Source of the DNA: an uncultured Bacilli bacterium
GTDB lineage: Bacteria > Bacillota_I > Bacilli_A > RF39 > UBA660
DNA: 64,000 nucleotides
NCBI GenBank assembly: GCA_944371305.1
Contig: CALVXM010000003.1
Location: 7,115 to 71,114 of the forward strand
Reading direction: 5' to 3'
Part shown: positions 48,375 through 59,450 of the stretch, one piece after another
How positions within the stretch are numbered: position 1 is the first letter of the stretch
How the letters are laid out: every line of letters starts with the position of its first letter
Notes under the pieces: generated by a model
Database searches by the model: none
What the model was told of the DNA's origin: nothing
Seen by the model: the letters and a program-made list of their open reading frames with translations, nothing else
Made by a program: the position numbers and the translations under genes

Positions 48375-48650
48375 AAAAAAATAGTATCCATCCCTTGTTG
48401 GGACGAATACTATTTATATCCGCGGTACCACCCAAATTATCATATATTTAAAATCTAATAATAGATTATATGATCACTTCATTTCTAACAAAATGTGTAA
48501 TAAGATAACGGTTCACTTCCGAGTTACGCTACTTTCATTTTCACATAACTAACTCCTGGGTGTTATTCATAATAACTATTACGTTAGCTTCCACCATACC
48601 TAACTCGCTTTTTAAATCATTATTATTACTTCTCCCACTCAAAGTTGATA
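48375..48650 (-). promoter_or_regulatory. T-box riboswitch leader controlling gatCAB-aspS
   Basis: On the minus strand: conserved T-box sequence AATTTGGGTGGTACCGCGG (RC of 48420..48438). It is followed by a 14-bp terminator stem ATAGTATTCGTCCC-aacaa-GGGATGGATACTAT and a 7-T run ending 10 nt before the gatC ATG. Leader is ~270 nt from the predicted promoter. Confidence 0.75.
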
Positions 48651-48655
48651 GATAA

Positions 48656-48684
48656 ATAATATCATTATTTTCCTTATTTGTCAA
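48656..48684 (-). promoter_or_regulatory. SigA-type promoter of the T-box leader
   Basis: Minus-strand TTGACA - 17 nt - TATTAT. Confidence 0.55.
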
Positions 48685-48732
48685 TGATTTTATCAAAATT
48701 CCATGACACCGACAAATTATAAAATTTACCTT

Positions 48733-50331
48733 CTATTCATCAATTCGATTAAACAACAATTCCAAATTATTAATTTTAATATCACTATCTAATTTATATT
48801 CTTCCCATTTAAATGGTTTTAATCCTAACATTGATTTAATTTTATCAGCACTACTTGGAATAAATGGATTTAATAAATTAGATAAATTAGCCATAATATA
48901 AACACAAGTATAAGTTGTTTCATTAAAAGCTGTTATATCTTCTTTAACTTGGACCCAAGGTTGTCTCTCATCATAATATTTATTACCTAAAGTTGCATAA
49001 TCAATAATTGTATTAATAGCTTGCTTTAATTCACCATCTTCGATTAATTTTCCGACTTCTTGATAAATAGCTTTAGTACGAGCCATAATATCAACATCGA
49101 TTTCCGCTTTTTTAATGATTCCGTCAAATTTTTTGTTTATGAACGATAAATTTCGATTAATAAAATTACCGATTACACCAACTAAAAATTTATTATGACT
49201 TAAAATTAAGTCTGAAGATGAAAAATTAACATCTTTCTTTTCTGGTCCATTAGCAATCATAAAATATCTAACAGTATCTTTATCATATTTACTAACTAAT
49301 TCATCCATCGTAATTAAATTACCTTTGCTTTTGCTCATTTTTTCATCATTCATATTAACATATTCACAAGAGATTATTTTTTTAGGTAATTGCCACTTTG
49401 GATTAATAGCATTTAATAAAGCTGGATAAATTACGGTGTGGAAAGTAATATTATCCTTACCATGAACAAAATAAGTAATTAAATTATCTTTATCTTTTAA
49501 AAATTCATCAAAATCAATATTACGATCTTTACATACTTTCATCGAAGCAGTCAAATACCCCATGACAGCTTCAATCCAAACATAAATTTTCTTATCTTCA
49601 TAACCTTCTACTGGAACGTCGACACCCCAAGTTAATTGTCTTGTAGTAGCACGATCAATAAGACCTAGATTGAGATACTTTTTAGTTTCATTAATTGCAT
49701 TTTTGCGCCAATCATCAGTTCGTTCATCAACTAATTTTTCTAATAATTTTTGAAAAGCTGATAATTTAAAATACAAATGTTTATTTTTTTTAACAATAGT
49801 TGCTTCCCCACATATTTTACAATGTTTATCTTTTAATTCTTTAGGATTAATTGGACTTAAGCAGTCATCACATTGTTCTCCCATTGCCTTACCACCACAA
49901 TGTGGACAAATACCAATTATTTCGCGATCAGATAAATATTCATTACATTTAGGACAAAAATCTTGTTCATCTTCTTGTTCATAAATATAACCGTTATCTA
50001 AAATTACCTTATAAAATTCTTGAACTTGTTTTTTATGTTCTTCCGTCATTGTAGCTGTATAAAAATCATAAGAAAAATCTAAACTTTCAAAACTATTTTT
50101 AAATTCTTCATGATATTTACTAGCAATATTAGCAGGATCGACTCCTTCTTTTTTAGCTCTTACCGTAATCGGGGTTCCGTGGCAATCAGTACCTGATACA
50201 TAGATTACCCTATTGCCACAACCACGGTGGTAGCGAGCTATGACATCAGCTGGAAGTAATGCCGCTAAATGACCAATATGTAATGAGTTATTAGCATAAG
50301 GCCAAGCTCCTCCTATTAATATATCTTTCAT
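48733..50331 (-). CDS. metG: Methionyl-tRNA synthetase (short form, no C-terminal tRNA-binding extension)
   Basis: HIGH motif (LHIGH), KMSKS, two CxxC zinc knuckles (CPKC...CPHCG...CDDC...CKICG), 532 aa. Confidence 0.9.
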   Translation of the reverse strand: MKDILIGGAWPYANNSLHIGHLAALLPADVIARYHRGCGNRVIYVSGTDCHGTPITVRAKKEGVDPANIASKYHEEFKNSFESLDFSYDFYTATMTEEHKKQVQEFYKVILDNGYIYEQEDEQDFCPKCNEYLSDREIIGICPHCGGKAMGEQCDDCLSPINPKELKDKHCKICGEATIVKKNKHLYFKLSAFQKLLEKLVDERTDDWRKNAINETKKYLNLGLIDRATTRQLTWGVDVPVEGYEDKKIYVWIEAVMGYLTASMKVCKDRNIDFDEFLKDKDNLITYFVHGKDNITFHTVIYPALLNAINPKWQLPKKIISCEYVNMNDEKMSKSKGNLITMDELVSKYDKDTVRYFMIANGPEKKDVNFSSSDLILSHNKFLVGVIGNFINRNLSFINKKFDGIIKKAEIDVDIMARTKAIYQEVGKLIEDGELKQAINTIIDYATLGNKYYDERQPWVQVKEDITAFNETTYTCVYIMANLSNLLNPFIPSSADKIKSMLGLKPFKWEEYKLDSDIKINNLELLFNRIDE

Positions 50332-50402
50332 ATTTCATTCTCCTTTTTATCAGTAATAAAATTAATTACTCCATAAATTATTTATTAATTTGAAGTTATA
50401 TT

Positions 50403-52781
50403 TTATTTTATAACAATATTAACTAATTTTTTAGGTACAGTTATTATTTTGACAATTTCTTTATCAGCAATATACTTTTTAACATTATCCAGTTGTTTTG
50501 CCAATTCTTCCATTTCTTCTTTTGAAGTTTCCATTCCAACTTCTATTTTACCTCTTACTTTACCGTTAACTTGAACAACCATTTCAAAAGTTTCTTCTTT
50601 AGTTTTTTCTTCGTCATAAATTGGCCAAGCTTCATATGCGATAGTATCATCATGACCTAAAATACTCCACAATTCTTCGGTTATAAACGGAATAATTGGG
50701 TTTAATAATTTAAGTAAGTTGTTTGCATACTTTAAAGGGAAAACATTTTCTTTATAAACAGCATTGACAAAAACCATCATTTGACTAATTGCCGTATTGA
50801 AATTCAAAGTTTCATAATCATTAGTTACTTTCTTAACAGTTTGATGATAAAGTTTTTCCAAATTTTTATTTTCATCATCTTTAATAATTCCTTCTGTTGT
50901 ATATAGGCGATACACCCTTTCGATAAAACGATGAGCACCAACTACACCTTGTTCACTCCAAGGTTTACTCATCTCTAAAGGGCCCATAAACATTTCATAT
51001 AGTCTTAATGTATCCGCACCATATTCTTTTATAATATCATCAGGATTAATGACATTTCCTCTTGATTTACTCATTTTTTCATTATTAGATCCTAAAATCA
51101 TCCCTTGATGATATAATTTTTTAAAAGGTTCTTTTACATTAACAATACCTTTTTCATATAAATAGTGATTCCACATTCTAGAATATAATAAATGTCCAAC
51201 AGCGTGTTCAGGTCCACCGATATACAAATCGACTGGCATCCAGTGTTCAATCAACTTTTTATTAGCTATCTCTTGATTATTATGTGGATCAATATATCTT
51301 AAGAAATACCAACTAGATCCAGCTGATCCTGGCATGGTTGAAGTTTCTCTTTTTCCTTTAATGCCATCAACAGTAACATTAACCCAATCAGTTGCTTTTT
51401 CTAAAGGTGAAGAGCCAGTTTTAGAAGGACTATAATCTTCTAATTCAGGTAAAATTAAAGGTAAATTAGTTTCTAATACATCTTTGCCATTCTCTAAATG
51501 AATTACTGGTATTGGTTCACCCCAATATCTTTGACGAGCAAAAATCCATTCCCTTAGACGATAATTAATATGTTTAGTTCCTAGTTTATTTTTTTCTAAC
51601 CACTCAATCATTTTATTAATAGCATCTTCTTTATTTAAACCATTTAAAAATTCCGAATTAATATGCACTCCATCACCGACATATGCTTCTTTACTAATAT
51701 CGCCACCTTGAATAACAGGAATAATTTCTAGATTAAATTTTTTAGCAAAGTCATAATCTCTTTCATCATGAGCTGGAACTGCCATAATTGCTCCTGTTCC
51801 ATAACTAGCTAAAACATAATCTGATATCCAAATTGGAATTTTTTTATTATTAACCGGATTAATAGCATAAGCGCCTGTAAAAACACCGGTTTTTTCTTTA
51901 TTTAATTCTGTTCTTTCTAAATCTGATTTAGAAGCACACACTTTTTTATACTCTGCTACCTTATCTTTATATTCTTTAGTTGTTATCTTATCAACTAATT
52001 CATGCTCAGGAGCAAGTACGCAATAAGTTGCGCCAAATAAAGTATCACATCTAGTCGTAAAAACTGTAAATTCAAAATTATCTACTTTGAATTTAACATG
52101 AGCTCCGACTGATTTACCAATCCAATTTTTTTGCATTTCTTTAGTTGAATTAGGCCAATCAATAGTATCTAATCCTTCTAGTAATTTTTCAGCATACTGT
52201 GGAATGTCGATTACCCATTGTTTCATATTTTTACGAATTACAGGAAAACCTCCTCTTTCACTTTTACCATCAATTACTTCATCATTAGCTAAAACTGTTC
52301 CTAGTTCAGGGCACCAATTAACTGGCATATCAATTTGTTTAGCTAAGCCATCTTTGTATAATTCACTAAAAATCCATTGTGTCCATTTATAATAATTAGG
52401 ATCACAAGTAGAAACACAACGATCCCAATCAAAAGAAAAACCTAACATTTTTAATTGTTCAGTAAAAGTAGCAATATTTTTTAAAGTAAAACCTTCAGGA
52501 TGATTACCAGTATTAATTGCATATTGTTCAGCAGGTAGTCCAAACGCATCAAATCCCATTGGATGAAGTACATTATATCCTTGCATTCTCTTCATTCTAG
52601 AAATAATATCAGTAGCTGTATATCCTTCGGGATGTCCAACATGTAATCCTTGACCAGATGGATAAGGAAACATATCTAAAGCATAAAACTTAGGTTTACT
52701 AAAATCCCAAATATCAGTTTTAAAAGTTTCATTTTTCTCCCAATAATCTCGCCATTTTTTTTCTATTTCACTAGTATTCAT
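50403..52781 (-). CDS. leuS: Leucyl-tRNA synthetase
   Basis: [22 protein letters not shown]..., KMSKS present, 792 aa. Confidence 0.92.
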   Translation of the reverse strand: MNTSEIEKKWRDYWEKNETFKTDIWDFSKPKFYALDMFPYPSGQGLHVGHPEGYTATDIISRMKRMQGYNVLHPMGFDAFGLPAEQYAINTGNHPEGFTLKNIATFTEQLKMLGFSFDWDRCVSTCDPNYYKWTQWIFSELYKDGLAKQIDMPVNWCPELGTVLANDEVIDGKSERGGFPVIRKNMKQWVIDIPQYAEKLLEGLDTIDWPNSTKEMQKNWIGKSVGAHVKFKVDNFEFTVFTTRCDTLFGATYCVLAPEHELVDKITTKEYKDKVAEYKKVCASKSDLERTELNKEKTGVFTGAYAINPVNNKKIPIWISDYVLASYGTGAIMAVPAHDERDYDFAKKFNLEIIPVIQGGDISKEAYVGDGVHINSEFLNGLNKEDAINKMIEWLEKNKLGTKHINYRLREWIFARQRYWGEPIPVIHLENGKDVLETNLPLILPELEDYSPSKTGSSPLEKATDWVNVTVDGIKGKRETSTMPGSAGSSWYFLRYIDPHNNQEIANKKLIEHWMPVDLYIGGPEHAVGHLLYSRMWNHYLYEKGIVNVKEPFKKLYHQGMILGSNNEKMSKSRGNVINPDDIIKEYGADTLRLYEMFMGPLEMSKPWSEQGVVGAHRFIERVYRLYTTEGIIKDDENKNLEKLYHQTVKKVTNDYETLNFNTAISQMMVFVNAVYKENVFPLKYANNLLKLLNPIIPFITEELWSILGHDDTIAYEAWPIYDEEKTKEETFEMVVQVNGKVRGKIEVGMETSKEEMEELAKQLDNVKKYIADKEIVKIITVPKKLVNIVIK

Positions 52782-53123
52782 TTATTTACCTTCTTTCTTC
52801 AAATATAACCCAATCAAACTGTAAAAAATCAACAGTAAAGGAATAAGCACGATTAATCCTACCAATAATTGTAAGAATAAGTTTTCAACTAAAAAGGTGG
52901 CTGTAAAAGCAATAGCAATAATCAAAGCATTAGTCAAACCTAAAATGTTAGTAAATTTTTGCATATTAATCTTATTAACATTTAATTTATATTTATTAAC
53001 AAAATACATAACTTGATTACTTTTTTTAAATTTATCATATTTTTTCTTTTGTAATACTACCGTAAATAAATAAAATAAATAAACAATTGAAAAAGATATT
53101 ATAAAAGCTATTAAATAAGTCAT
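52782..53123 (-). CDS. Small hypothetical membrane protein abutting leuS
   Basis: 113 aa with two hydrophobic helices. Its stop codon is immediately adjacent to the leuS ATG. Confidence 0.5.
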   Translation of the reverse strand: MTYLIAFIISFSIVYLFYLFTVVLQKKKYDKFKKSNQVMYFVNKYKLNVNKINMQKFTNILGLTNALIIAIAFTATFLVENLFLQLLVGLIVLIPLLLIFYSLIGLYLKKEGK

Positions 53124-53217
53124 AAATAAACCTCCAAACTATTTAATATTATATTATAAAATAAAAGGAAAAACAATAAATTTAAAGAAAATAAGTTAAA
53201 ACAAATAAAAAAATACA

Positions 53218-55602
53218 TTAGACTGTACTAATGTATTCTAATAATCTTAAGAATAGTTTAACAAACTTTCTTTCTAAACCTTTATTACCTAATTTTCTAA
53301 TAGCAATTCGTTTTTTCTTAATCGGCATATCACTAAAGATAATGGCATCAATTTTTTCTTTCATTAATGTTTCAATTTGTAGATCATCTAAAATTCCGCC
53401 AATATCATCGTTTATTAAACGTGTTGGATCAAATTCGATATCTTTACCTTTACAATTAACTGTTAATTGTCCAATTGTTTTAACATTTTCTATCTCGACG
53501 ATAAAATCAGGCCCCGAAACATAAGATTTACAATTAATTTGTTCTTTATTGTCATATACTATTATATCACTAGCTTTTTTAGCATTTCTGAAAACTAATT
53601 TATAATTTCTCTTTTCAGGAACAATCCCGCTTTTACCTTCTAAGGCTCTTATAATAACAGTATAATTGCTAGGCATATAATTATATTCAATCTTAGTTAA
53701 CAAATAAAAACCTTTTTTATATAAACTAGACAATCCATCATCTTCATATAATAAATATTCATTACTAATACCAGGGAAGAAATGAATTTCCATATTTTTA
53801 GGTGGCGTCGTATCATTAATACTTTCATTTATTCCTAAAGGAATGATACTACCAGCTTTAGCAAATACTGGATAATTTTGATCTTTATAAAAAGCGACGT
53901 AATTATGATTGCCAGGATATTTTTTTCCAGTAAAGAAATCATACCAAATGCCTTCTGGCATGTAAAAGCGATGAACAACACGATTCATGACATAATCTTT
54001 TTTCTTAGTAATCGGACAGACGAATAATTGACTACCAAAATAGTATTCATCACTATACAATAAATCATCATACATCTCAGGAGCAACATAATAAACTGGC
54101 TTTAACAATGGTACTCCATTTTTAGTATATTTGTAAGCTTCACTATATAAATATGGAATTAATTTATGCCTTAAATTAAGATAATCCTTAACAATTTCTA
54201 ATGTTTTAACACTCCAACGCCAAGGTTCTCGTTTATAATATTTACCATTATCTGCTCCAAATTTAAAAATCGGTGAGAAAGTTCCTAATTGAACATATCT
54301 TATGTATAATTCATTATCTTCGATTCCTTTAAAATAACCACCAATATCATGACTTATCCAACTGACGCCAATATTAGTAGCATCAGCATTATACTTAGGT
54401 ATTTGTTTTAAAGATTCCCAACTAACAGTCGCTTTTCCGGCATATAAAACAGGATAACGATGTTGCGCTAAAGCAGAGTTATAACTTAATAACATCGGTC
54501 TTCTTTTATAATTTCGCTCCATATCATGAAACTGATAATGTTTTAGTAGTATATCTTCAGATAAATTTTTACTATAAAAATCTAACCAGTAAAAGTCTAC
54601 TCCTAAACTATCCAATGGATGAATAAACACTTTTAGATAAACATCAATCCATCTTGGATCTAGGATACTGTAAGGTATTACACCTTTTTCATCTGGCTTT
54701 AAATATTTTTTAGCTTGTTCATAATATTCATCAATATCATAAAAACCTTCTGTCGGATTAATATTTAAACCAATTCTTATTCCTTGTGTGTGTAAATACG
54801 AAATCATCTCATAAGGAGCTTTAAATAAATCTTTATTAAACGTAAAACCAGTTTTTAAATGATTTTTACCTTCATAAGTTCTTACATGCCAATCTTTATC
54901 TAATAAAACAATCGAAAGTGGAATTTCATATTTTTTAAAATTATCAATTAGTTCTTTTAGTGAACTATCATTATAAATATCATTACGACTCCACCAGTTT
55001 CCCAAGGCAAATCGTGGAATCAAAGAAGGATAGCCAGTTAAATTGAAATAATCTTTTAGACATAAATCAAAATCATTATTATAAACAAATAAATAAATAT
55101 CGATCCCTTCATAATCATTATCCTGCATCGTTCCATCTTCTAAAACAATTCTTCCTTTAGAATCATCAATCGATACAAAACCATCCAAAGAATAAAGACT
55201 TTTTATCTTTTTAATTTTGCCATCTTCAATCAATAAAGGTGCTTCATAATTTTTAGCTTCGACATGGTTATAGTACCAAACACGATCAGTATTTAAAACT
55301 TCTACTTTGAAATTTCTACTATTAGTTATCTTTGATCCTTTAGAGTAAGTCAACTTAAAATAACTAGTTGTCAATTCCAAATAATTTTTATCTTGATTGA
55401 CTTTAAAATTAACTTTAGGAAAATTACGGTTAGAAACAAGTTCGGTAGGCGCATCTAAAAACATACCATTCTCACGATATTCAATTCTAATTAATCGTTC
55501 ACTCAAAACAGTAAAACGATATTTTTTACCTTGAATGATTGCATCCTTATTGGGCATAGCTTTTTTATAATCAATTTTAAAATGTTCACCTAAATTATAC
55601 AT
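53218..55602 (-). CDS. Glycoside hydrolase family 31-like protein (alpha-glucosidase/alpha-xylosidase type)
   Basis: RFALGNWWSRNDIY, IPLSIVLLDKDW and GVDFYWLDF align with the GH31 motifs (LGyhqsRwgY, iP.Dviw.D.dYm, GvdgfWnDMNE), 794 aa. Confidence 0.65.
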   Translation of the reverse strand: MYNLGEHFKIDYKKAMPNKDAIIQGKKYRFTVLSERLIRIEYRENGMFLDAPTELVSNRNFPKVNFKVNQDKNYLELTTSYFKLTYSKGSKITNSRNFKVEVLNTDRVWYYNHVEAKNYEAPLLIEDGKIKKIKSLYSLDGFVSIDDSKGRIVLEDGTMQDNDYEGIDIYLFVYNNDFDLCLKDYFNLTGYPSLIPRFALGNWWSRNDIYNDSSLKELIDNFKKYEIPLSIVLLDKDWHVRTYEGKNHLKTGFTFNKDLFKAPYEMISYLHTQGIRIGLNINPTEGFYDIDEYYEQAKKYLKPDEKGVIPYSILDPRWIDVYLKVFIHPLDSLGVDFYWLDFYSKNLSEDILLKHYQFHDMERNYKRRPMLLSYNSALAQHRYPVLYAGKATVSWESLKQIPKYNADATNIGVSWISHDIGGYFKGIEDNELYIRYVQLGTFSPIFKFGADNGKYYKREPWRWSVKTLEIVKDYLNLRHKLIPYLYSEAYKYTKNGVPLLKPVYYVAPEMYDDLLYSDEYYFGSQLFVCPITKKKDYVMNRVVHRFYMPEGIWYDFFTGKKYPGNHNYVAFYKDQNYPVFAKAGSIIPLGINESINDTTPPKNMEIHFFPGISNEYLLYEDDGLSSLYKKGFYLLTKIEYNYMPSNYTVIIRALEGKSGIVPEKRNYKLVFRNAKKASDIIVYDNKEQINCKSYVSGPDFIVEIENVKTIGQLTVNCKGKDIEFDPTRLINDDIGGILDDLQIETLMKEKIDAIIFSDMPIKKKRIAIRKLGNKGLERKFVKLFLRLLEYISTV

Positions 55603-55614
55603 AAACTCACCCCT

Positions 55615-57030
55615 TTATATTTCTTCTATTTTCATAAAGTTAGTACTTTTAATTTTTTTAAACGGATAACCACCTGTAATGATAATACTATCATTTTCTT
55701 TTAAAGATAACATCTCTTTAGCCATTTTTTTACTTTTTTCAACTATTGCATCAATACTTTTCAAATCATCGATTAAAATTGGATAGACCCCAAAATTTAA
55801 AGCTAATGATTTAGTTGTATCAAAATTAGGCGTTGGTGCGATAATAGGACATATCGGTCTAAAACGACTAATTTTTTTAGCTGTGTAACCACTCATAGTC
55901 GGCGTAAATATTGCTTTACACTTTAATCTTAAAGCACAACCAGCAACACTATAAGCTATTGTTCCAGTCACATCTCTTTTTTCTGTTTTAACTGACTTTT
56001 CTAAAATATTATCATAGTCAATATCCATCTCAGCTACCTTAATAATTTTTTCCATCGTCTTTAAAGCCTCAATTGGATATTTACCAACTGTTGTCTCACC
56101 TGATAACATAACTGCATCAGTTCCATCCAAAACCGCATTAGCGATATCAGAAACCTCTGCTCTAGTTGGATGATCAAAGTTAGTCATATTGGATAATAAT
56201 TCTGTAGCAACAATACTAACAACACCTCCAGCATGACATTTTGAAATGATTCTTTTTTGAACTCCTGGTATTCTTTCAAGAGATATTTCAGCTCCTAAAT
56301 CACCTCTTGCAATCATAATACCATCACTTACTTTAATAATATTATCGATGTCATCAACTGCACAACTATTTTCAATTTTAGAAATAATTTGTAAATGATT
56401 ATTACCTAAATTAATTAACAAATCATTTACCTCTAAAATATCTTCATAACTAGATATAAATGATAAAGCTAAAAAATCAACATTTAGATCATGAGCTAAT
56501 TTGATTATTTTTTTATCTTTTTCACTTAAAAATTCGCGATTTAATCTAATATTTGGAACATTTAAAGTTTTATTTGAAGAAATTTCTCCTTCTTTTAAAA
56601 CTTCGCACAACAAATAATCAAAACCTTTATCAAGCACTTTTAATTCAATTAAACCGTCGTCTATTTTTAAAATTGTGTTTAAAGGAACATCATCGATCAA
56701 TTCTTTGTAATCGACACTAAATTTAGTACAATCACCTAAGACATCTTCCATTAAAATTCTAATTTTATCACCTTTTTTTAAAAAAGCATGATTATTTTGA
56801 ATTTTTCCAAGACGAACAATCGGTCCTTTTATATCGATCATAATAGCTACATACTTGTTTAATTCTTCATTCAAATCATTAACTATTGAAACGATTTCAC
56901 GACAAAAATCTGGGGTTGAATGACTCATATTAATTCTTAGAGTATCAACTCCATTTAACATTAATGATTTAATTGTTTCTCTATCAGAAGTAGCTGGACC
57001 AACAGTAGCAATAATCTTAGTTTTATTCAC
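55615..57030 (-). CDS. pyk: Pyruvate kinase (copy 1)
   Basis: KIIATVGPAT...RINMSHS..., 471 aa, full PK domain set. Confidence 0.9.
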   Translation of the reverse strand: MNKTKIIATVGPATSDRETIKSLMLNGVDTLRINMSHSTPDFCREIVSIVNDLNEELNKYVAIMIDIKGPIVRLGKIQNNHAFLKKGDKIRILMEDVLGDCTKFSVDYKELIDDVPLNTILKIDDGLIELKVLDKGFDYLLCEVLKEGEISSNKTLNVPNIRLNREFLSEKDKKIIKLAHDLNVDFLALSFISSYEDILEVNDLLINLGNNHLQIISKIENSCAVDDIDNIIKVSDGIMIARGDLGAEISLERIPGVQKRIISKCHAGGVVSIVATELLSNMTNFDHPTRAEVSDIANAVLDGTDAVMLSGETTVGKYPIEALKTMEKIIKVAEMDIDYDNILEKSVKTEKRDVTGTIAYSVAGCALRLKCKAIFTPTMSGYTAKKISRFRPICPIIAPTPNFDTTKSLALNFGVYPILIDDLKSIDAIVEKSKKMAKEMLSLKENDSIIITGGYPFKKIKSTNFMKIEEI

Positions 57031-57086
57031 ATTTATCCCCTTCTATTCTAAGTATAATTATAAATTATATAAGCATTTTAGTCAAG

Positions 57087-57110
57087 AAAAAAAGAATAAG
57101 TTATATTCTT
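57087..57110 (-). terminator. Terminator between the two pyk genes
   Basis: AGAATA-agtta-TATTCT hairpin around the stop of pyk copy 2, with an A-run (T-run on the minus strand). Confidence 0.45.
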
Positions 57111-58507
57111 TCAATTTTCATAAAATTAGTCTCACCTTTTTTACCATCATCATAAAAACCACCAGTTATTAAAATAATATCATCTTTAGCTAAATTTAAA
57201 AATTTCACGGCTTTTTCCTTTGCATCTTTTACTATTTCGTCAGTTGAATTAAATATCTCTGTTGTCATTGGATATACTGCCCAATTTAAAGCTAGTGATC
57301 TTGCTACCTTTTCATTAGGACAAGTAGCTAAAACTAAACATTTTGGTCTTAAATTACTTACTCGACTAGGTGTTTGTCCACTCATAGTAGTAGCAACAAT
57401 TAATTTAGCATCTAACAAATTAGTTGTTTCAACAACATTAGTAGCAATAGCGCCTTCAACTGTCTTATTAACATGAGCAATATTAATTTCATAATCTAAA
57501 TTATTTTCAATACTCTCACATATTTTTGCCATATATCCAACTGTTTCAATAGGATATTTACCAGTAGTAGTCTCACCTGATAACATGACCGCATCAGTTC
57601 CATTAATAACCGCATTAGCCACATCTGATACTTCAGCTCTAGTAGGACGATTATTTTTTTTCATTGATTCTAACATTTCAGTAGCAACAATACAGAACTT
57701 ACCATGTCTTCTACATGTTTCAATTATCTTTCTTTGTAATATTGGTAAATCTTCCATCGCTGCTTCGACTCCTAAATCACCACGAGCAACCATTACTCCA
57801 TCTGCTTCTTCAACTATTTCATCTAAATTATCGATGCTAGTAGTGTTTTCAATTTTAGCAATTATTTTCATATCCAAACGATTTTGTTCTTTTAAAATTT
57901 CTTTAACTTGTAAAATATCATCTTTTTTAGAAACGAATGATAAAGCTAAAAAATCACCATCATGATTACAAGCATAGATAATATCTTCTTTATCTTGTTT
58001 ACTAATAAAAGGTATATTTAAGTGAACATTAGGAACACTTAAACTTTTTTTATTCCCTAATATTCCACCATTTATAACTTCACAAGTAACACCATCATTT
58101 TCTTTAGAAATAACTTTAATATTCATTAAACCATTTTCTAATAAAATAGTATCACCAATATTTAATGAATTTAAAGCTTCTGGATGATTAACACTAAATC
58201 TTTCTTCGTTTCCTAAAACGTCATCTTTAACTACTCTAATCTTATTTCCTTCAACTAAATTTATTTCATCGTTTTCTAATATTCCATTTCTAAATTCTGG
58301 ACCTTTAGTATCATATAAAACAGCTATATTTTTACCAGTCATATTAGTTACTTTTTTTACTGACGCAATAACATTTTCTCTTTCTTCAATCGTCGCATGC
58401 GAAAAATTAATTCTAGCAACATCCATTCCATTTTCTACCATTTTACACATAATTTCTGGATCACAACTAGCAGGGCCAATACTACAAATTATTTTTGTTT
58501 TTTTCAT
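57101..58507 (-). CDS. pyk: Pyruvate kinase (copy 2)
   Basis: KIICSIGPAS...RINFSHA..., 468 aa. Confidence 0.9.
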   Translation of the reverse strand: MKKTKIICSIGPASCDPEIMCKMVENGMDVARINFSHATIEERENVIASVKKVTNMTGKNIAVLYDTKGPEFRNGILENDEINLVEGNKIRVVKDDVLGNEERFSVNHPEALNSLNIGDTILLENGLMNIKVISKENDGVTCEVINGGILGNKKSLSVPNVHLNIPFISKQDKEDIIYACNHDGDFLALSFVSKKDDILQVKEILKEQNRLDMKIIAKIENTTSIDNLDEIVEEADGVMVARGDLGVEAAMEDLPILQRKIIETCRRHGKFCIVATEMLESMKKNNRPTRAEVSDVANAVINGTDAVMLSGETTTGKYPIETVGYMAKICESIENNLDYEINIAHVNKTVEGAIATNVVETTNLLDAKLIVATTMSGQTPSRVSNLRPKCLVLATCPNEKVARSLALNWAVYPMTTEIFNSTDEIVKDAKEKAVKFLNLAKDDIILITGGFYDDGKKGETNFMKIERI

Positions 58508-58534
58508 AATTTCAACTCCCTCAACAAATGTATA

Positions 58535-58563
58535 ATTATAACAATAAATTTATCTTTTGACAA
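58535..58563 (-). promoter_or_regulatory. Consensus SigA promoter for pyk copy 2
   Basis: Minus-strand TTGTCA - 17 nt - TATAAT, about 25 nt upstream of SD GAGGGAG. Confidence 0.55.
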
Positions 58564-58599
58564 CCCTTTTTTATATTTTGATAAAAATTATTTACTTTT

Positions 58600-59330
58600 A
58601 AACAAATTATTAATTAAAAATCAATGGTGTAGCTCTTTATAATATTTCCTTATATTCTCAGGCATCTGTTCGATACTTATGTTTTTTATTTTCGCCTTAC
58701 TACCATCTTTAGAAGTTTCTTCATAATGCCCCAAAGTAGAAATGATATATTAAGTATTTTAGAAACTTTGCCAATATTACACATAAAACCACCTCTTAAA
58801 GTTAACTTCATATCTAAGACCATACTGACAAATCAAAAAATATTTGTCAATTATCTTTCTAAAATATATAAAAACCTACGAAATAAATTTCGTAAGTTTT
58901 TATAACTCAAGTGTTTTTTTATAATCGATTGTATTATTCATCCGTTATCGGTTCACACCATTCATTAGAAGTATTTTCTCTAGGTACTTCAATAGCAATA
59001 TGACTAAATCAAAAGTCTTTTTTAGCTCCGTGCTAATGTTTTACATTTGCTGGTATTACAATTACATCTTCATGATGTTTTGCACATTTTTCTTTGGTTA
59101 AATCATTTTTTTACCTAAAAATAAATGGTATTTAACTTGGAAATATAGCCATTGTGCCGTTAAAACATTTATTGTTATCATAGATATATCCTTAAATATA
59201 ATTTATCTTCTTTCGACTGTATTTGAACGAACAAAACATCATAATCAAGTTCAAAAAATTTTGGTGCTAAAGTCCATAAATTAACTCATTCTGTTGTTTG
59301 TTTTACCATTTTAAATCAATTACCAAAGTT
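58600..59330 (-). pseudogene. Decayed coding region with multiple short broken reading frames
   Basis: Minus-strand frames give protein-like fragments (MITINVLTAQWLYFQVKYHLFLGKK / NDLTKEKCAKHHEDVIVIPANVKH / FSHIAIEVPRENTSNEWCEPITDE) separated by a frameshift in an A7 run and by stop codons. Also a 32-aa ORF MCNIGKVSKILNISFLLWGIMKKLLKMVVRRK with SD AAGAGGTGG (~58686..58785), and a hairpin AAAACCTACGAAAT-aa-ATTTCGTAAGTTTTT (~58869..58905). Confidence 0.3.
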
Positions 59331-59450
59331 GAAATTAGAAAAATATCATTCCTTCTTAATATAATATAATTTTATTCAAAAAATTTTAAAACAATAAAGT
59401 ATAAAATGGTATAACTAATATTAATTAAAATTGCTTTTGATTAACTGTTT

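Noticed and set aside
40289-58642. Other short antisense ORFs from the track (40289..40486, 41767..41979, 45458..45643, 52204..52392, 53231..53524, 57585..57965, 58397..58642)
   Set aside because: Each lies antisense within a confidently identified gene (lipoprotein, LemA, gatB, leuS, GH31, pyk) with no independent signals.
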